A stretch of DNA of 57,725 nucleotides from Parcubacteria group bacterium Greene0416_36 (GCA_007375725.1 VMEV01000005.1:1-57725), one strand, 5' to 3'; shown: positions 16,730-27,852, counted from the first letter of the stretch. The notes: a model not told the origin generated them from the sequence alone. Numbers and translations: made by a program.

Positions 16730-18673
16730 ATGAATAAACCAACCGATAATGACGGCGGCGGGGCGCCTGTCCCTGGAGTCAAAAAATATTCCCGATTTTT
16801 GGAGTTTTATAAAAAAGAGGGAGGCGAAAAGGACATGTCGAGCATAGAGCATTCCAATGGGAGATGGCTGTTTGTGACCATTCTCGTGTTTTTTTCCATT
16901 GCTTTGTCAGGCGTCTTGTCGCTCCTTTTGGGATATTGGTATTTCAATCGCCAATTAGGGCAGGACCGGAAATATGAGGTCAAGGTGGCGGTATCCGGAG
17001 ACCCGAAAATCATCTCGGGAGATGAGCTGGTGTACCTTGTGGATTATGCCAATCTCTCTGGCGTGGAACTCCGTGATGCCCGGATCCATATCCGCTATCC
17101 CGCGGGATTTTCTCTTCTTTCCGTATTGCCAGAGCCGACCGGAGACAGTTCTATCTGGGATCTGGGAGTGCTTTCTTCCGGAGCCACGGGCCAGATCAAG
17201 ATAATTGGGCGCATTTTGGGAGAAAAAGACAGTTCCAAAACACTTTCGTCCGTCCTTTATTTTGTTCCCCATAATTTTAATTCCGAATTTCAGGAAATAG
17301 GTTCAACTACCGGCAAGATTGTTGGCTCGGATTTGTCTTTGGCTCTTGAAATTCCCGATGAAATGTATGTGGGAGAAAAGGTCCGAGGCCTGATTGTCTA
17401 TAAAAGCCTTCGCAATGAACCTTTGGGAAATATCAAAATCGATTTTGAGAATCCTTCCTCTTTTGAGATTTTGTCTTCATCGGTTCTTCTAGATCCGGTG
17501 GAAAATGTTTTTATCATCAAAAACGCCGTGGCAGAGGGTGAAATCGCGATCGAAGGGATTTGGGGCGCGCATCCGGGAGAGGATAAACAGTCGATCAAAT
17601 TGTTGGGAGAATTGGGAGATGAGTCCAATTTTTATCGGCAATCCGAGATTGAAAAAACAATGAACGTGCTTCGAAGTGATATCGAATCCTCCTTGGTCGC
17701 GAATGGCAGTGCCGAAAAATCCGCAATCTATCCTGGGGATCTGCTGCAATATTCTTTGTCCATTGGCAATAAAAGCGATGCCTTACTCGAAAAAATAGAA
17801 GTTGTTTTTGTGGTGGAGGGGAAATCGGATTTTAATAATTCTCATCTTAGAAAAGATTTTCGTCTGTTGGACTGGGATGTGGCTAAATTTAATGCGCCTC
17901 CTCTTGTCAAATTATTGGATATCCCCAAAGATCAGTCCTTTATTTTCGAGAGAAGGCAGATGACCTGGGGAGAGGGGGAGTACAAAGAACTCGCGAAATT
18001 GTCTCCGGAGGGCGAGATCGAATTATCTTTATCTTTGCCCGTGACCTCTTCGGCGGCCATAAAAAATCTCTTGGGGGTCGATGATTTCGGCCGGATTGAG
18101 ATGGAGAGTCATTTTGAGGTGCGGGTGGGAAAAACCGGCGGGAAATCTCTTGGGCAGGTGATCCGCAGTAATTCGATTCGAAGCATCCTTCATAGCGACT
18201 TGGCTCTCGATAGTGCGATTCGTTATTTTGATGAAAATAGCGTGCCGATCGGCTCTGGCCCCTTGCCTCCGGAGGTGGGAAAAGAGACAAAATACCGCGT
18301 GTTTTGGAAACTCTCCCAGTCTTTTCATGAAAGTGGCACGGTCTCGGTCCGCGCGGTACTCCCCGACGGCGTGTCGTGGGCCGGTAATATAAGGGTGGGA
18401 GCCGGCGAAATGGAGTATGATTTCAAAAATAAAGTCATTTCCTGGAAAATCAATCAGCTTCCTTCATTCACGCGAGAGATCAGCGCGGTATTTGATATCG
18501 CTCTTGTCCCTGAAGCCAAACACTCCGGACAAATTCTCGTTCTCGTTCCTAAACCTTCAATCGAAGCCGTGGATCTCTATCTCAAGAGTCCTATTGAGCG
18601 ATATGGCAAAACATTGACAACCAATCTGGAAGGTGATTCCATTGGGCAAGGAAAAGGGATAGTGGGGGAGTAA
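16730..18673 (+). CDS. membrane-anchored hypothetical protein with repeated beta-sandwich-like segments
   Basis: One TM segment near residue 50 is followed by about 590 aa of extracytoplasmic sequence. The gene starts 7 nt after the DUF4012 gene. Confidence 0.5.
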   Translation: MNKPTDNDGGGAPVPGVKKYSRFLEFYKKEGGEKDMSSIEHSNGRWLFVTILVFFSIALSGVLSLLLGYWYFNRQLGQDRKYEVKVAVSGDPKIISGDELVYLVDYANLSGVELRDARIHIRYPAGFSLLSVLPEPTGDSSIWDLGVLSSGATGQIKIIGRILGEKDSSKTLSSVLYFVPHNFNSEFQEIGSTTGKIVGSDLSLALEIPDEMYVGEKVRGLIVYKSLRNEPLGNIKIDFENPSSFEILSSSVLLDPVENVFIIKNAVAEGEIAIEGIWGAHPGEDKQSIKLLGELGDESNFYRQSEIEKTMNVLRSDIESSLVANGSAEKSAIYPGDLLQYSLSIGNKSDALLEKIEVVFVVEGKSDFNNSHLRKDFRLLDWDVAKFNAPPLVKLLDIPKDQSFIFERRQMTWGEGEYKELAKLSPEGEIELSLSLPVTSSAAIKNLLGVDDFGRIEMESHFEVRVGKTGGKSLGQVIRSNSIRSILHSDLALDSAIRYFDENSVPIGSGPLPPEVGKETKYRVFWKLSQSFHESGTVSVRAVLPDGVSWAGNIRVGAGEMEYDFKNKVISWKINQLPSFTREISAVFDIALVPEAKHSGQILVLVPKPSIEAVDLYLKSPIERYGKTLTTNLEGDSIGQGKGIVGE

Positions 18674-18679
18674 ACAAAT

Positions 18680-19975
<1,296 letters not shown>

Positions 19976-20111
19976 GCAACAAATCCCTCCCCAACCCTCC
20001 CTTTGACAAGGGAGGGAGCAACAACACCCTCCTTCCCTCAGTCTTCGCACCTCTAAGGGGTGGGCGTAGTAGCTTCCCCCTTGTCAAAGGGGGATTGAGG
20101 GGGATTTGTTG
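19976..20111. repeat. NPE copy d, F orientation, with ~45-nt extra central insert
   Basis: Starts directly after the tgt stop codon. The centre contains CAACAACACCCTCCTTCCCTCAGTCTTCGCACCTCTAAGGGGTGGGCGTAGTAGC. Confidence 0.9.
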
Positions 20112-20120
20112 TTTCCTGTT

Positions 20121-20146
20121 TCATTCGTCATTTGTAATTCGTAATT
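20121..20146. repeat. single heptamer arm (TCATTCGTCATTTGTAATTCGTAATT)
   Basis: A right-arm type sequence lies directly after NPE copy d. No left arm is present. Confidence 0.6.
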
Positions 20147-20152
20147 TTTTAT

Positions 20153-21466
20153 ATGTACTCCACCGTCCCCGTCGTTTCCGTCACTCAATTCAACGAATAT
20201 ACCAATGAAGTATTGGCGAATCTTAAGTTTGGCGTGCGGGGGGAGATTATTGGGTATAAAGTGTCGCAGGGGAAGTGGGTGACCTTTGATTTGAAAGACG
20301 CCACAAGTAAAATCAGCTGTTTTTCGACCGTGTATAAACAAAATGTGGCGCTTGAAGATGGGATGGAGGTGATTTGTTATGGGTATCCGAAGATTTATGT
20401 GCCGTACGGGAGATTTTCATTTACGGTCGAGGCCGTGGAACCGGTGGGCGAGGGTGCGCTCAAAAAAGCATTTGAGCTGACTAAGTCCCGCTTGGAATCG
20501 GAAGGACTCTTTGATCCCAAGTACAAAAAGCCGCTTCCTCGTTTTCCGGATCGGATCGGTATTGTCTCGTCTCCCGAAGCGGCGGCGTATACGGATATTC
20601 TGCGGATTCTCAATAATCGCTGGGGAGGACTCGAGATATTTCTCCGTCCCGTGCTGGTTCAGGGGGTGAATGCTCCGGGGGAGATTGTCGAGGCGATCCA
20701 ATATTTCAATGCTCATTTTCCGGTGGACGTGATTTTGGTGGCGCGTGGGGGCGGATCGCTCGAGGATCTGCAGGCCTTCAATGACGAGCGGGTGTGCCGC
20801 GCGATATTCGCCTCGAAGATCCCGATCATCACGGGAGTGGGGCATGAACGGGACACCACCCTCGTCGATTATGTCGCCGACCGCCGAGCCTCCACCCCGT
20901 CGAATGCCGCGGAGATCGCGGTGCCGGACCGCCGTGATATACTGGATCAATTGCTTTGGTCTCGGCGGACGATGGACTCATCCATGGAAGAGAGGATTCG
21001 AACCCTTGGGACCCAATTATTGCATAGTAAAACGCATTTGGACCGATTTGTGGAGAATATTCAGGTGGGATTTTCGAATCTCCAGGCGAAATTTGTGACA
21101 GCGAGCAATCGTCTTGGGTCGATGATGCAAACCGGCCAAAGTAATATCGCCTTGGCGGAGAAAAATATCCGTGATATTCTTCTTCGCAGAATCGCGTTGT
21201 CTCGTTCTCGACTCGGAGAGCGTCAGGTATTTCTCCAGTCCACTCATCCTTATCGGCTTTTGGAAAAAGGCTATTCGATTTCGTATCAGCGAGACGCCAA
21301 GACGATTATTCGTTCGGCCAAGTCCATTAAATGGGGGGATAAGATTGTGTCGAGGTGGAGAGATGGGGAGGCGGTGTCGATTGTGGAGAAGACAACAAAT
21401 CCCTCCCCAGCCCTCCCTTTGACAAGGGAGGGTGTAGCAGCTTCCCCCTTGTCAAAGGGGGATTGA
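20153..21466 (+). CDS. xseA: exodeoxyribonuclease VII large subunit
   Basis: OB-fold N-terminus (GEIIGYKVSQGKWVTFDLKD), VARGGGSLEDL and GHERD motifs. The C-terminal tail and stop lie inside NPE copy e. Confidence 0.9.
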   Translation: MYSTVPVVSVTQFNEYTNEVLANLKFGVRGEIIGYKVSQGKWVTFDLKDATSKISCFSTVYKQNVALEDGMEVICYGYPKIYVPYGRFSFTVEAVEPVGEGALKKAFELTKSRLESEGLFDPKYKKPLPRFPDRIGIVSSPEAAAYTDILRILNNRWGGLEIFLRPVLVQGVNAPGEIVEAIQYFNAHFPVDVILVARGGGSLEDLQAFNDERVCRAIFASKIPIITGVGHERDTTLVDYVADRRASTPSNAAEIAVPDRRDILDQLLWSRRTMDSSMEERIRTLGTQLLHSKTHLDRFVENIQVGFSNLQAKFVTASNRLGSMMQTGQSNIALAEKNIRDILLRRIALSRSRLGERQVFLQSTHPYRLLEKGYSISYQRDAKTIIRSAKSIKWGDKIVSRWRDGEAVSIVEKTTNPSPALPLTREGVAASPLSKGD

Positions 21467-21480
21467 GGGGGATTTGTTGC
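21392..21480. repeat. NPE copy e, F orientation
   Basis: Full element. It supplies the last ~25 codons and the TGA stop of xseA. Confidence 0.9.
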
Positions 21481-21524
21481 TATCTTTGTTACACCATTCA
21501 TGGAAACTTAAAACTTGCTTTTCT

Positions 21525-21764
21525 ATGGCCAAAAAACAAATCAATTTTCAAGCCGCGTATGGAGAACTCGAGCAATTGGTGGGGACGCTCGAGACTATGG
21601 AAGACCTCGATGCCTCGATTGAGCTTTATGAAAAAGGCCTCGAGCTCATTGCCGTCTGTCAGAAAAGGCTTTCGGAGATTGAGAATAAGGTGACTGAGAT
21701 AAGGGAGAAGTACCCGGCGGGGGAGAAGGCCTTGTCTGTAGAAAAAAGTGGAGATCTTGTCTAG
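21525..21764 (+). CDS. xseB: exodeoxyribonuclease VII small subunit
   Basis: FQAAYGELEQLVGTLE...LDASIELYEKGLEL pattern, and the gene sits directly after xseA. Confidence 0.8.
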   Translation: MAKKQINFQAAYGELEQLVGTLETMEDLDASIELYEKGLELIAVCQKRLSEIENKVTEIREKYPAGEKALSVEKSGDLV

Positions 21765-21798
21765 TGTCATCGCCTTCGAAGGGACCACTGGGTCAACT

Positions 21799-21905
21799 GT
21801 CATTGCGAAGCTCCCCGTTTTAGGGGAGATGAAGCAATCTCGTGTCGCAGGGTGTTATCATGAGATTGCCACGCCCCCGCTAAGACGCGGGTTCTCGCAA
21901 TGACA
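21799..21905. repeat. TGTCAT...ATGACA compound palindrome, CATTGCGAG type (copy 2)
   Basis: GTCATTGCGAAGCTCCCCGTTTTAGGGGAG...GAGATTGCCACGCCCCCGCTAAGACGCGGGTTCTCGCAATGACA. It ends 14 nt before the next start codon. Confidence 0.8.
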
Positions 21906-21919
21906 GTCTGTTTGGAGTA

Positions 21920-23029
21920 GTGGGCCTCCTATTGACGCTTATTTTTATGCTCTACCTCCTCGCCATTCTCTTTTCCGCCGTCATTTCGGTGGGCCTCACC
22001 CTCGGCGTCCGCAGACTTGCCCTCGCTTTTAATATTGTCGATTCGCCGTCTACGGACCCTTCCCGAAAAATTCATCGCCGGCCGATTCCGCTTTTGGGGG
22101 GAGTGGGGGTGATTGGGACATTTCTATTGGGGATATTAGGTGTCTTGGTATTTTTTCCAGATCTTTTGTCTGGAAGTATTTCAGGTTCTCTTCTTATCGG
22201 CATTTCGATTGGCTCCTTGTTTATTTTAATCGGCGGAGCGCTGGATGATCGCTATAATTTACCGCCTCTACTCCAGCTCGTGTTTCCTTTTTTGGCCTCA
22301 CTCTCGGTGATTGTGTCCGGCTTGGATCTCTCGTTCATCACCAATCCTTTTGGCGGGATTTTCTCTCTTTCGGGCTGGGAATTTTCTGTGTGGGGACAGG
22401 CGTATAGCGGGGTGTCCATACTCTTTTTATTGGCGTGGATCTTCTCGGTTTCTTACACGACGAAAATTCTCGACGGCCTCGACGGCTTGGTCTCCGGCAT
22501 TGCTGTGATTTCTGGAATTATTCTTATGTTCTTGTCTTTGGCCATTGGACTCTCGGATGTGGCACTACTTTCCGCGATTTTTTCCGGTGCTTATTTGGGA
22601 TTTCTAGTCTTCAATTTTCACCCCGCCTCTATTTTCCTCGGTGAATCGGGTGCCCTTTTTGCCGGATTTCTCCTCTCGATCCTCGCCGTCATGGGCTCCG
22701 GAAAAGTCGCCACTGCCTTTCTCGTTCTGGGAATCCCCATCCTCGACATGGTCTGGACCCTCTTCCGCCGCATGGTCATCGAGCGTAAATCGCCCTTCAA
22801 AGGGGATCGGAAACACCTTCATTTTTTACTACTGGATAGGGGATTGAGTCAGAGGCAGGCTGTATTGACTTTGTATTTGTTTTCTGGTATATTCGGTCTC
22901 GTCGCCCTATTTCTCCAGAGTATGGGGAAATTAGTGGCAATAATTGTTCTTATCATTTTGATGATTCTGCTATTGGAATTATTGTATTTTAGGAAAGGGA
23001 ATGTCGATGGAAATGGAATTAAGTCGTGA
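21920..23029 (+). CDS. MraY/WecA-family polyprenyl-phosphate N-acetylhexosamine-1-phosphate transferase
   Basis: About 10 TM helices. GGALDDRYNLPP and KILDGLDGLVSG motifs. GTG start. Confidence 0.75.
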   Translation: MGLLLTLIFMLYLLAILFSAVISVGLTLGVRRLALAFNIVDSPSTDPSRKIHRRPIPLLGGVGVIGTFLLGILGVLVFFPDLLSGSISGSLLIGISIGSLFILIGGALDDRYNLPPLLQLVFPFLASLSVIVSGLDLSFITNPFGGIFSLSGWEFSVWGQAYSGVSILFLLAWIFSVSYTTKILDGLDGLVSGIAVISGIILMFLSLAIGLSDVALLSAIFSGAYLGFLVFNFHPASIFLGESGALFAGFLLSILAVMGSGKVATAFLVLGIPILDMVWTLFRRMVIERKSPFKGDRKHLHFLLLDRGLSQRQAVLTLYLFSGIFGLVALFLQSMGKLVAIIVLIILMILLLELLYFRKGNVDGNGIKS

Positions 23030-23489
23030 AGAACTTTTAGGCTATTGTTTGCAAAAAGAGTTTAAGCCTAGATTTGAGTTGGAGGTATTAAAAAAAGAAC
23101 GTTTCTCGGTCTGTAGCCCTTCTTTTTTTGAAAATTTAATTAGACTTGTTGTTAATTATGGGAGAAAGCATTCAATTGGAAATGCTTTTCATATTTCTTT
23201 AGTCGGACTATTTTCAATCGTCTTAGGATACGACATAAAAAGTGGTGTTATTTGTGTAAGTATGGTACTTGCTCCCAACAGTGATCCGCTTTTAATTTAC
23301 AGTACCGATTATGCAGTCTATATTCTCTTACAAGATAGAATAGGTATTCAGATCGATAGCCGTGTAGATATCGCATACATCGTTGGGTGTATTGGGATTT
23401 GTTTAGAGGCATGTGATCAAGAGCTGGCTAATGGATATGCATTTGGAGATGGATTCACTCGGCTTTTAATGCATGAGAAAGTAGGCTAG
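23001..23489 (+). CDS. hypothetical protein (orphan, AT-rich)
   Basis: The ORF overlaps the preceding gene by 29 nt. No family recognised. Confidence 0.4.
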   Translation: MSMEMELSREELLGYCLQKEFKPRFELEVLKKERFSVCSPSFFENLIRLVVNYGRKHSIGNAFHISLVGLFSIVLGYDIKSGVICVSMVLAPNSDPLLIYSTDYAVYILLQDRIGIQIDSRVDIAYIVGCIGICLEACDQELANGYAFGDGFTRLLMHEKVG

Positions 23490-23643
23490 TATAAATCTGT
23501 TTTTTCTAGCTCTTGGAATTTTTTAAGCAAAAGGGTCTAGTCTAATCGCACTAGCCTTTTTTATTTGACTTTTTTATAAAAATCTATAGATTGGAGGGGT
23601 GAGTTAACAATACTCTTTTTTATATACTTTTTGCCTATTTTTT

Positions 23644-23961
23644 ATGATCGCCGTTATCAAAACCGGTGGGAAACAATATCCCGTCCAAGAAAAACAAAGG
23701 ATTGAAGTGGAAAAGCTCGAGGGGGAAATCGGTGCTTGTCTTGAATTTCCTGAAGTATTGCTGGTGGCCCAAGAAGACGGCTCGTCTGTGCAAATTGGCA
23801 AGCCTTATGTGGCCGGAGCCATGGTTTGCGCCACGATTCTCGAGCAGGGAAAGGGCGATAAGATTCACGTCATCAAGTTTCATAACAAAACTCGCTATCG
23901 ACGCAAAATTGGTCATCGTCAGCTTTTCACCAAGCTGGAGATCACGAAGATTATGGCGTAG
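23644..23961 (+). CDS. rplU: 50S ribosomal protein L21
   Basis: MIAVIKTGGKQYPVQE...HRQLFTKLEI pattern. Confidence 0.9.
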   Translation: MIAVIKTGGKQYPVQEKQRIEVEKLEGEIGACLEFPEVLLVAQEDGSSVQIGKPYVAGAMVCATILEQGKGDKIHVIKFHNKTRYRRKIGHRQLFTKLEITKIMA

Positions 23962-23979
23962 ATTTCTCCATGGGTAAAA

Positions 23980-24041
23980 AATGTAGGGGCCTGAAATGTA
24001 GGGGCACAGCGCGCTGTGCCCCTACATTTTGCCCTTACATT
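23980..24041. repeat. nested GTAG palindromes (REP-like doublet)
   Basis: The perfect palindrome GTAGGGGCACAGCGCGCTGTGCCCCTAC (23998-24025) lies inside outer arms AATGTAGGGGC / GCCCTTACATT, between convergent rplU and recR. Confidence 0.9.
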
Positions 24042-24048
24042 TTTTGTG

Positions 24049-24645
24049 TCACATTTTCACTCTCCCTCTCAGCGCATGCGCCATAGTAATCTCATCCGCA
24101 TATTCGAGTTCAGATCCCATGGAGAGGCCTTTGGCAAGTCGAGAGACCGGGATATTTTTCCCTCCGAGGAGTTCCTGAAGATAGAGGCCGGTGGATTCGC
24201 CTTCGATATCGGCATTGAAGGCGAGGATGACTTCGGAGGGCTTTTGGTATTCGAGGCGGGAGAGAAGCTGGGGCACCTGCAGGTCTTCTGGGGTGATGCC
24301 TTCGAGGGGATTGATGTGCCCCCAGAGGACATAATAGAGGCCTCGGTAGAGTCCCGTATTTTCCACGGAGATGAGATCCTGGGGTTTGGAGATAATGCAA
24401 AGCGTCTGCCGGTCGCGGTGAGTGTCCGCGCAAATGGCACAGGGGTCGCGGAGATCGATATTGCGGCATACGGAACAGTATTGGTTTTGTTCGATGAGTC
24501 TTGCCAAGGACTGTGAGAGTTCCAGCACTTCGGCCGGGCTTTTTTTGAGCAGGGCAAACACAATACGCTCGGCGCTTTTGGGGCCGATTCCTGGGAGGCG
24601 GTTGAAAAGCCGGATGAGGTTTTGGATGTGGGAAGGGAATTTCAC
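24049..24645 (-). CDS. recR: recombination protein RecR
   Basis: LPGIGPKSAERI helix-hairpin-helix, CSVC...CAIC zinc finger and Toprim region. Confidence 0.9.
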   Translation of the reverse strand: MKFPSHIQNLIRLFNRLPGIGPKSAERIVFALLKKSPAEVLELSQSLARLIEQNQYCSVCRNIDLRDPCAICADTHRDRQTLCIISKPQDLISVENTGLYRGLYYVLWGHINPLEGITPEDLQVPQLLSRLEYQKPSEVILAFNADIEGESTGLYLQELLGGKNIPVSRLAKGLSMGSELEYADEITMAHALRGRVKM

Positions 24646-24649
24646 ACGA

Positions 24650-24958
24650 CTACTGTCCCAGCATCTTCATCATTTCAGGGTTGGCCGTCATTTTGGACAT
24701 CATGATCTTCTGCATTTTTTTGTTTCCGTCTTCGAAAGCGTCTTTGACGGCCGACTCGAGCTTGGACTTCTGATCGGGAGTCAGGAATGACGGATCAATG
24801 TCGATCGATAGAATCTGCTGTGCGCCATTGAGTTTGATTTTCACCTTACCCGATCCGCCTGCGCCTTCGACATGTTCTTTTTCCAATTCCGCCTTGAGGT
24901 CCTTGAACTGTTTGGCTTTATCGACCATGTCTTTGATTTGTTTGAGTTTGTTGAACAT
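24650..24958 (-). CDS. YbaB/EbfC-family nucleoid-associated protein
   Basis: GGSGKVKIKLNGAQQILSIDIDPS pattern and position upstream of recR. Confidence 0.85.
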   Translation of the reverse strand: MFNKLKQIKDMVDKAKQFKDLKAELEKEHVEGAGGSGKVKIKLNGAQQILSIDIDPSFLTPDQKSKLESAVKDAFEDGNKKMQKIMMSKMTANPEMMKMLGQ

Positions 24959-24965
24959 ATTTTTT

Positions 24966-25059
24966 TAGTGAATAGTGAGTAGTTGGTAGTGGGTAGAAGC
25001 TAGTTAGTTGAGAGTATTCCTACTCACCACTCACTACAAACTACTCACTAACCCACTAC
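24966..25059. repeat. heptamer-arm hairpin (TAGTGAG/TAGTGGG-type arms)
   Basis: Arms TAGTGAATAGTGAGTAGTTGGTAGTGGGTAG and CCTACTCACCACTCACTACAAACTACTCACTAACCCACTAC. The right arm overlaps the dnaB 3' end. Confidence 0.8.
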
Positions 25060-26403
25060 ATCTTGCCTTGTTTTATCAATATTTTCAAATGAAGCACGGT
25101 TTTCGCGGAAAAAGAGGTCGGCTTTGCCAACGGGACCGTTTCGATGTTTGGCCACGTGGATTTCCGCGATATTATTTTTTTCTGTGGCGCTTTTGAATTT
25201 GTCTTCGCGGTGGATGAACATCACGACATCCGCGTCCTGTTCGATGGAGCCGGATTCGCGGAGATCGGACAGCTTGGGGATACCCTTTTCGCGGCTTTCC
25301 ACTGCACGTGAGAGCTGGGAGAGGGTGATCACGGGGATATTGAGCTCCTTGGCCAACCCCTTGAGAGAGCGGGAAATTTCGGCGACTTCTTGGACCCGGC
25401 TTTCGGCACGCCGCCCTTCGATTAACTGGAGATAGTCGATGATGATGACGCCCAGTCCCTGCTCCATCTGGAGCCTTCGCGCCTTGGTGCGGATTTCCAT
25501 GATATTGGTGGAGGACGAATCGTCGATGAAGATGGGCGCTTCAGACAGGACTCCCATGGCGTTTCCGATTTTGGGGAAGTCGTCGTCTTCGGGCCGGTCG
25601 GACAGTTTGCCGGTGCGCATTTTCCAGAGATCCACGCCCGCTTGGGCGCAGAGCAGGCGGTCCACGAGCTGTTCCTTGGACATTTCCAAGCTGAAGAGCC
25701 CCACGGGGATTTTGTGGAGGGTCGCGATATTGCGGGCGAAATCCAAGGCTAGGGATGTTTTTCCGAAGGAGGGGCGGGCGGCGAGAATGATCAGATCGGA
25801 ATTCTGGAATCCTCCCAAGAGATTATCCAAGGATTTGAAGCCCGAAGGTACTCCCCGAAGTTTTCCTTTTTCGCGGTGGATTTCGTCAATGCGGTCAAAG
25901 GCTTCAATCAAGATATCCTTGATCGGGATGAATGCTTTCTTGATTTTTTTTTGCGAGACGGAAAATAATTTCTGTTCGGCGAGATCCAGCATTTTTTCCG
26001 TGTCTTCTTCCTGATCATGGGTGATCTCTCCGATCTCTCCGGCCGCGCGGATGAGTTTGCGGAGGATGGATTTTTTTTCGATGATTGAGGCGTAGTGTTT
26101 GATGTGGCTGGCCGTGGGGACGACATTGGCGAGACTCGCGAGATACGACCGCCCGCCGACTTTCTCGAGCTGTTTTTTTTCCTCCATCAAGTTGGAAAGC
26201 GTCAGAATATCGACAGGTTCCCGCCGCGCGAAAAGTTCGCTCATGGCTTCAAAAATATCGCCGTGAGATTGCTGATAAAAATCCTCCGAGACAATTTGGT
26301 CCCCGATTTTGAGAAACGCGTCCCGATCAATCAAAATGCACCCGAGCAATGATTGCTCGGCTTCGAGATTTTGCGGCGGAATGAAGGCAGGTTGGTTGTT
26401 CAT
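25048..26403 (-). CDS. dnaB: replicative DNA helicase
   Basis: PPQNLEAEQSLLGC N-terminus, Walker A ARPSFGKTS, and IIIDYLQLI. Confidence 0.92.
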   Translation of the reverse strand: MNNQPAFIPPQNLEAEQSLLGCILIDRDAFLKIGDQIVSEDFYQQSHGDIFEAMSELFARREPVDILTLSNLMEEKKQLEKVGGRSYLASLANVVPTASHIKHYASIIEKKSILRKLIRAAGEIGEITHDQEEDTEKMLDLAEQKLFSVSQKKIKKAFIPIKDILIEAFDRIDEIHREKGKLRGVPSGFKSLDNLLGGFQNSDLIILAARPSFGKTSLALDFARNIATLHKIPVGLFSLEMSKEQLVDRLLCAQAGVDLWKMRTGKLSDRPEDDDFPKIGNAMGVLSEAPIFIDDSSSTNIMEIRTKARRLQMEQGLGVIIIDYLQLIEGRRAESRVQEVAEISRSLKGLAKELNIPVITLSQLSRAVESREKGIPKLSDLRESGSIEQDADVVMFIHREDKFKSATEKNNIAEIHVAKHRNGPVGKADLFFRENRASFENIDKTRQDVVG

Positions 26404-26552
26404 AATTTTTTACTCTTCCAGTATGCGCGCTCATTTTTTTTTGATCAATGTGGAGAGTGAGGGTGAATTGTGAAAGGAGTGTGAACAAGTTATTTTGGAT
26501 GAAGAATTTTGGGGTCTTGTCTTTTGATTTGTTATAATTAAATAACATCAGA

Positions 26553-26643
26553 GCAACAAATCCCACCCCAACCCTCCCTTTGACAAGGGAGGGGGTGTAG
26601 CTACCTCCCCCTTGTCAAAGGGGGATTGAGGGGGATTTGTTGC
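26553..26643. repeat. NPE copy f, F orientation
   Basis: Full element in the divergent dnaB / 26677 intergenic region. Confidence 0.9.
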
Positions 26644-26676
26644 TTGAAACACGGATGCCAACAATCATAAATTTTT

Positions 26677-27753
26677 ATGTCCAAACTTTCTTATTTTTTT
26701 ATCGCCATTTTCATTTTTTCCCCATACTCCATTTCCGCTCATGACATTACTTTTGTTCACGACACTCCTGAAGAACCTTTTCGGTATTGGGAAGACAATT
26801 GTCCGACACTTGAATCGGGCTGGGTGGCCGGGCAGAAAAACGTTCTGCCGCCCCAGCGGCTTGTTTGTGATTACAGCCGTAGTGAGTCTGGATCCACGGC
26901 CGTTAGAAAGGTGCTCATCAAATATGAGAAAAAAGATTCTTTGCAATTGGACATTCGTACGTTCGACCGCGCGTCGTCTATGGAGGATGAGTGGGGCATG
27001 ATCAAGTCTGACTTCCGAGGCGGGGGGACGTATATCAAGGATCAAGATAGTCATAATTTTTTAGTCCGCTCTGCATTTTGGGACGAAGAGACTTCGACCA
27101 TGAAAAAAACTCTTGTTATGGTTCGCCGAACCGGTCAGTCCATAGTGCTCTCGACCGAGACGCAGGAATTTTATCCGTCCCGTTTTTATCAGCTGGACAG
27201 TTCGGTAACGAGTGACCGGATGAACGCGATTGTGGAAGCTTGGAAACAAAATTTTCCTTATCCTCCCCAAGAAAAATCGGCGGCAATTGTGGAAATCATG
27301 ACGGCGATTGCCGCGGAGAAAGAACTGGAATTGTCCCGTCGGACCGAACTCGAGGCCAATTATGCCGCGTGGAGAGAAGAATCGGTTGCTCGGCAAGAAT
27401 TATGGGACAGCCAAGCGGGCGTCATCGGATATGTGGGGTGTCTCCTCTGGAATGGCCTGCGTTTGGATTTGGATACATTGCGCAAATTCAATATCGAAAA
27501 TCCTAGGGTGGTGTGCGGCTGGGAATTGTATTCCAAAAAAGCTAAGGCCTCGGCCCCGGATTTTGACACGCACAATCGCATGTCTTTTATCGAGAATGAT
27601 TCGCAGTTGATTTCATCTTGCTTGACCAATCGAGTGGCGGTCTTTTATCGCACCCATTTTTCCGCTTGGCTCGAACGGAATCCCTCATTGGAACTCGACC
27701 TCGTCGAGATTTGCAAAAACGGGTGTGATGAGGGAGAATGCCGAATTAAATAG
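26677..27753 (+). CDS. secreted hypothetical protein
   Basis: Signal-peptide-like N-terminus (FFIAIFIFSPYSISAHD). No family recognised. It is bracketed by NPE copies f and g. Confidence 0.5.
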   Translation: MSKLSYFFIAIFIFSPYSISAHDITFVHDTPEEPFRYWEDNCPTLESGWVAGQKNVLPPQRLVCDYSRSESGSTAVRKVLIKYEKKDSLQLDIRTFDRASSMEDEWGMIKSDFRGGGTYIKDQDSHNFLVRSAFWDEETSTMKKTLVMVRRTGQSIVLSTETQEFYPSRFYQLDSSVTSDRMNAIVEAWKQNFPYPPQEKSAAIVEIMTAIAAEKELELSRRTELEANYAAWREESVARQELWDSQAGVIGYVGCLLWNGLRLDLDTLRKFNIENPRVVCGWELYSKKAKASAPDFDTHNRMSFIENDSQLISSCLTNRVAVFYRTHFSAWLERNPSLELDLVEICKNGCDEGECRIK

Positions 27754-27757
27754 GAAT

Positions 27758-27844
27758 AACAACAAATCCCTCCCCAACCCTCCTTTTGACAAGGGAGGGC
27801 GCTGTTTCCCCCTTGTTAAAGGGGGATTAAGGGGGATTTGTTGC
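27758..27844. repeat. NPE copy g, F orientation
   Basis: Full element starting 4 nt after the preceding stop codon. Confidence 0.9.
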
Positions 27845-27852
27845 TAAAACAT

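Noticed and set aside
23567-23600. A sigma70 promoter call upstream of rplU (TTGACT at 23567)
   Set aside because: No acceptable -10 hexamer lies at a 16-18-nt spacing, so it is not reported as a feature.
24016-24790. Several plus- and minus-strand ORFs overlapping recR (24016..24516, 24069..24563, 24110..24469, 24422..24790)
   Set aside because: Only the 24049..24645 minus-strand frame gives RecR motifs. The other frames give Pro/Arg/Ser-rich nonsense.
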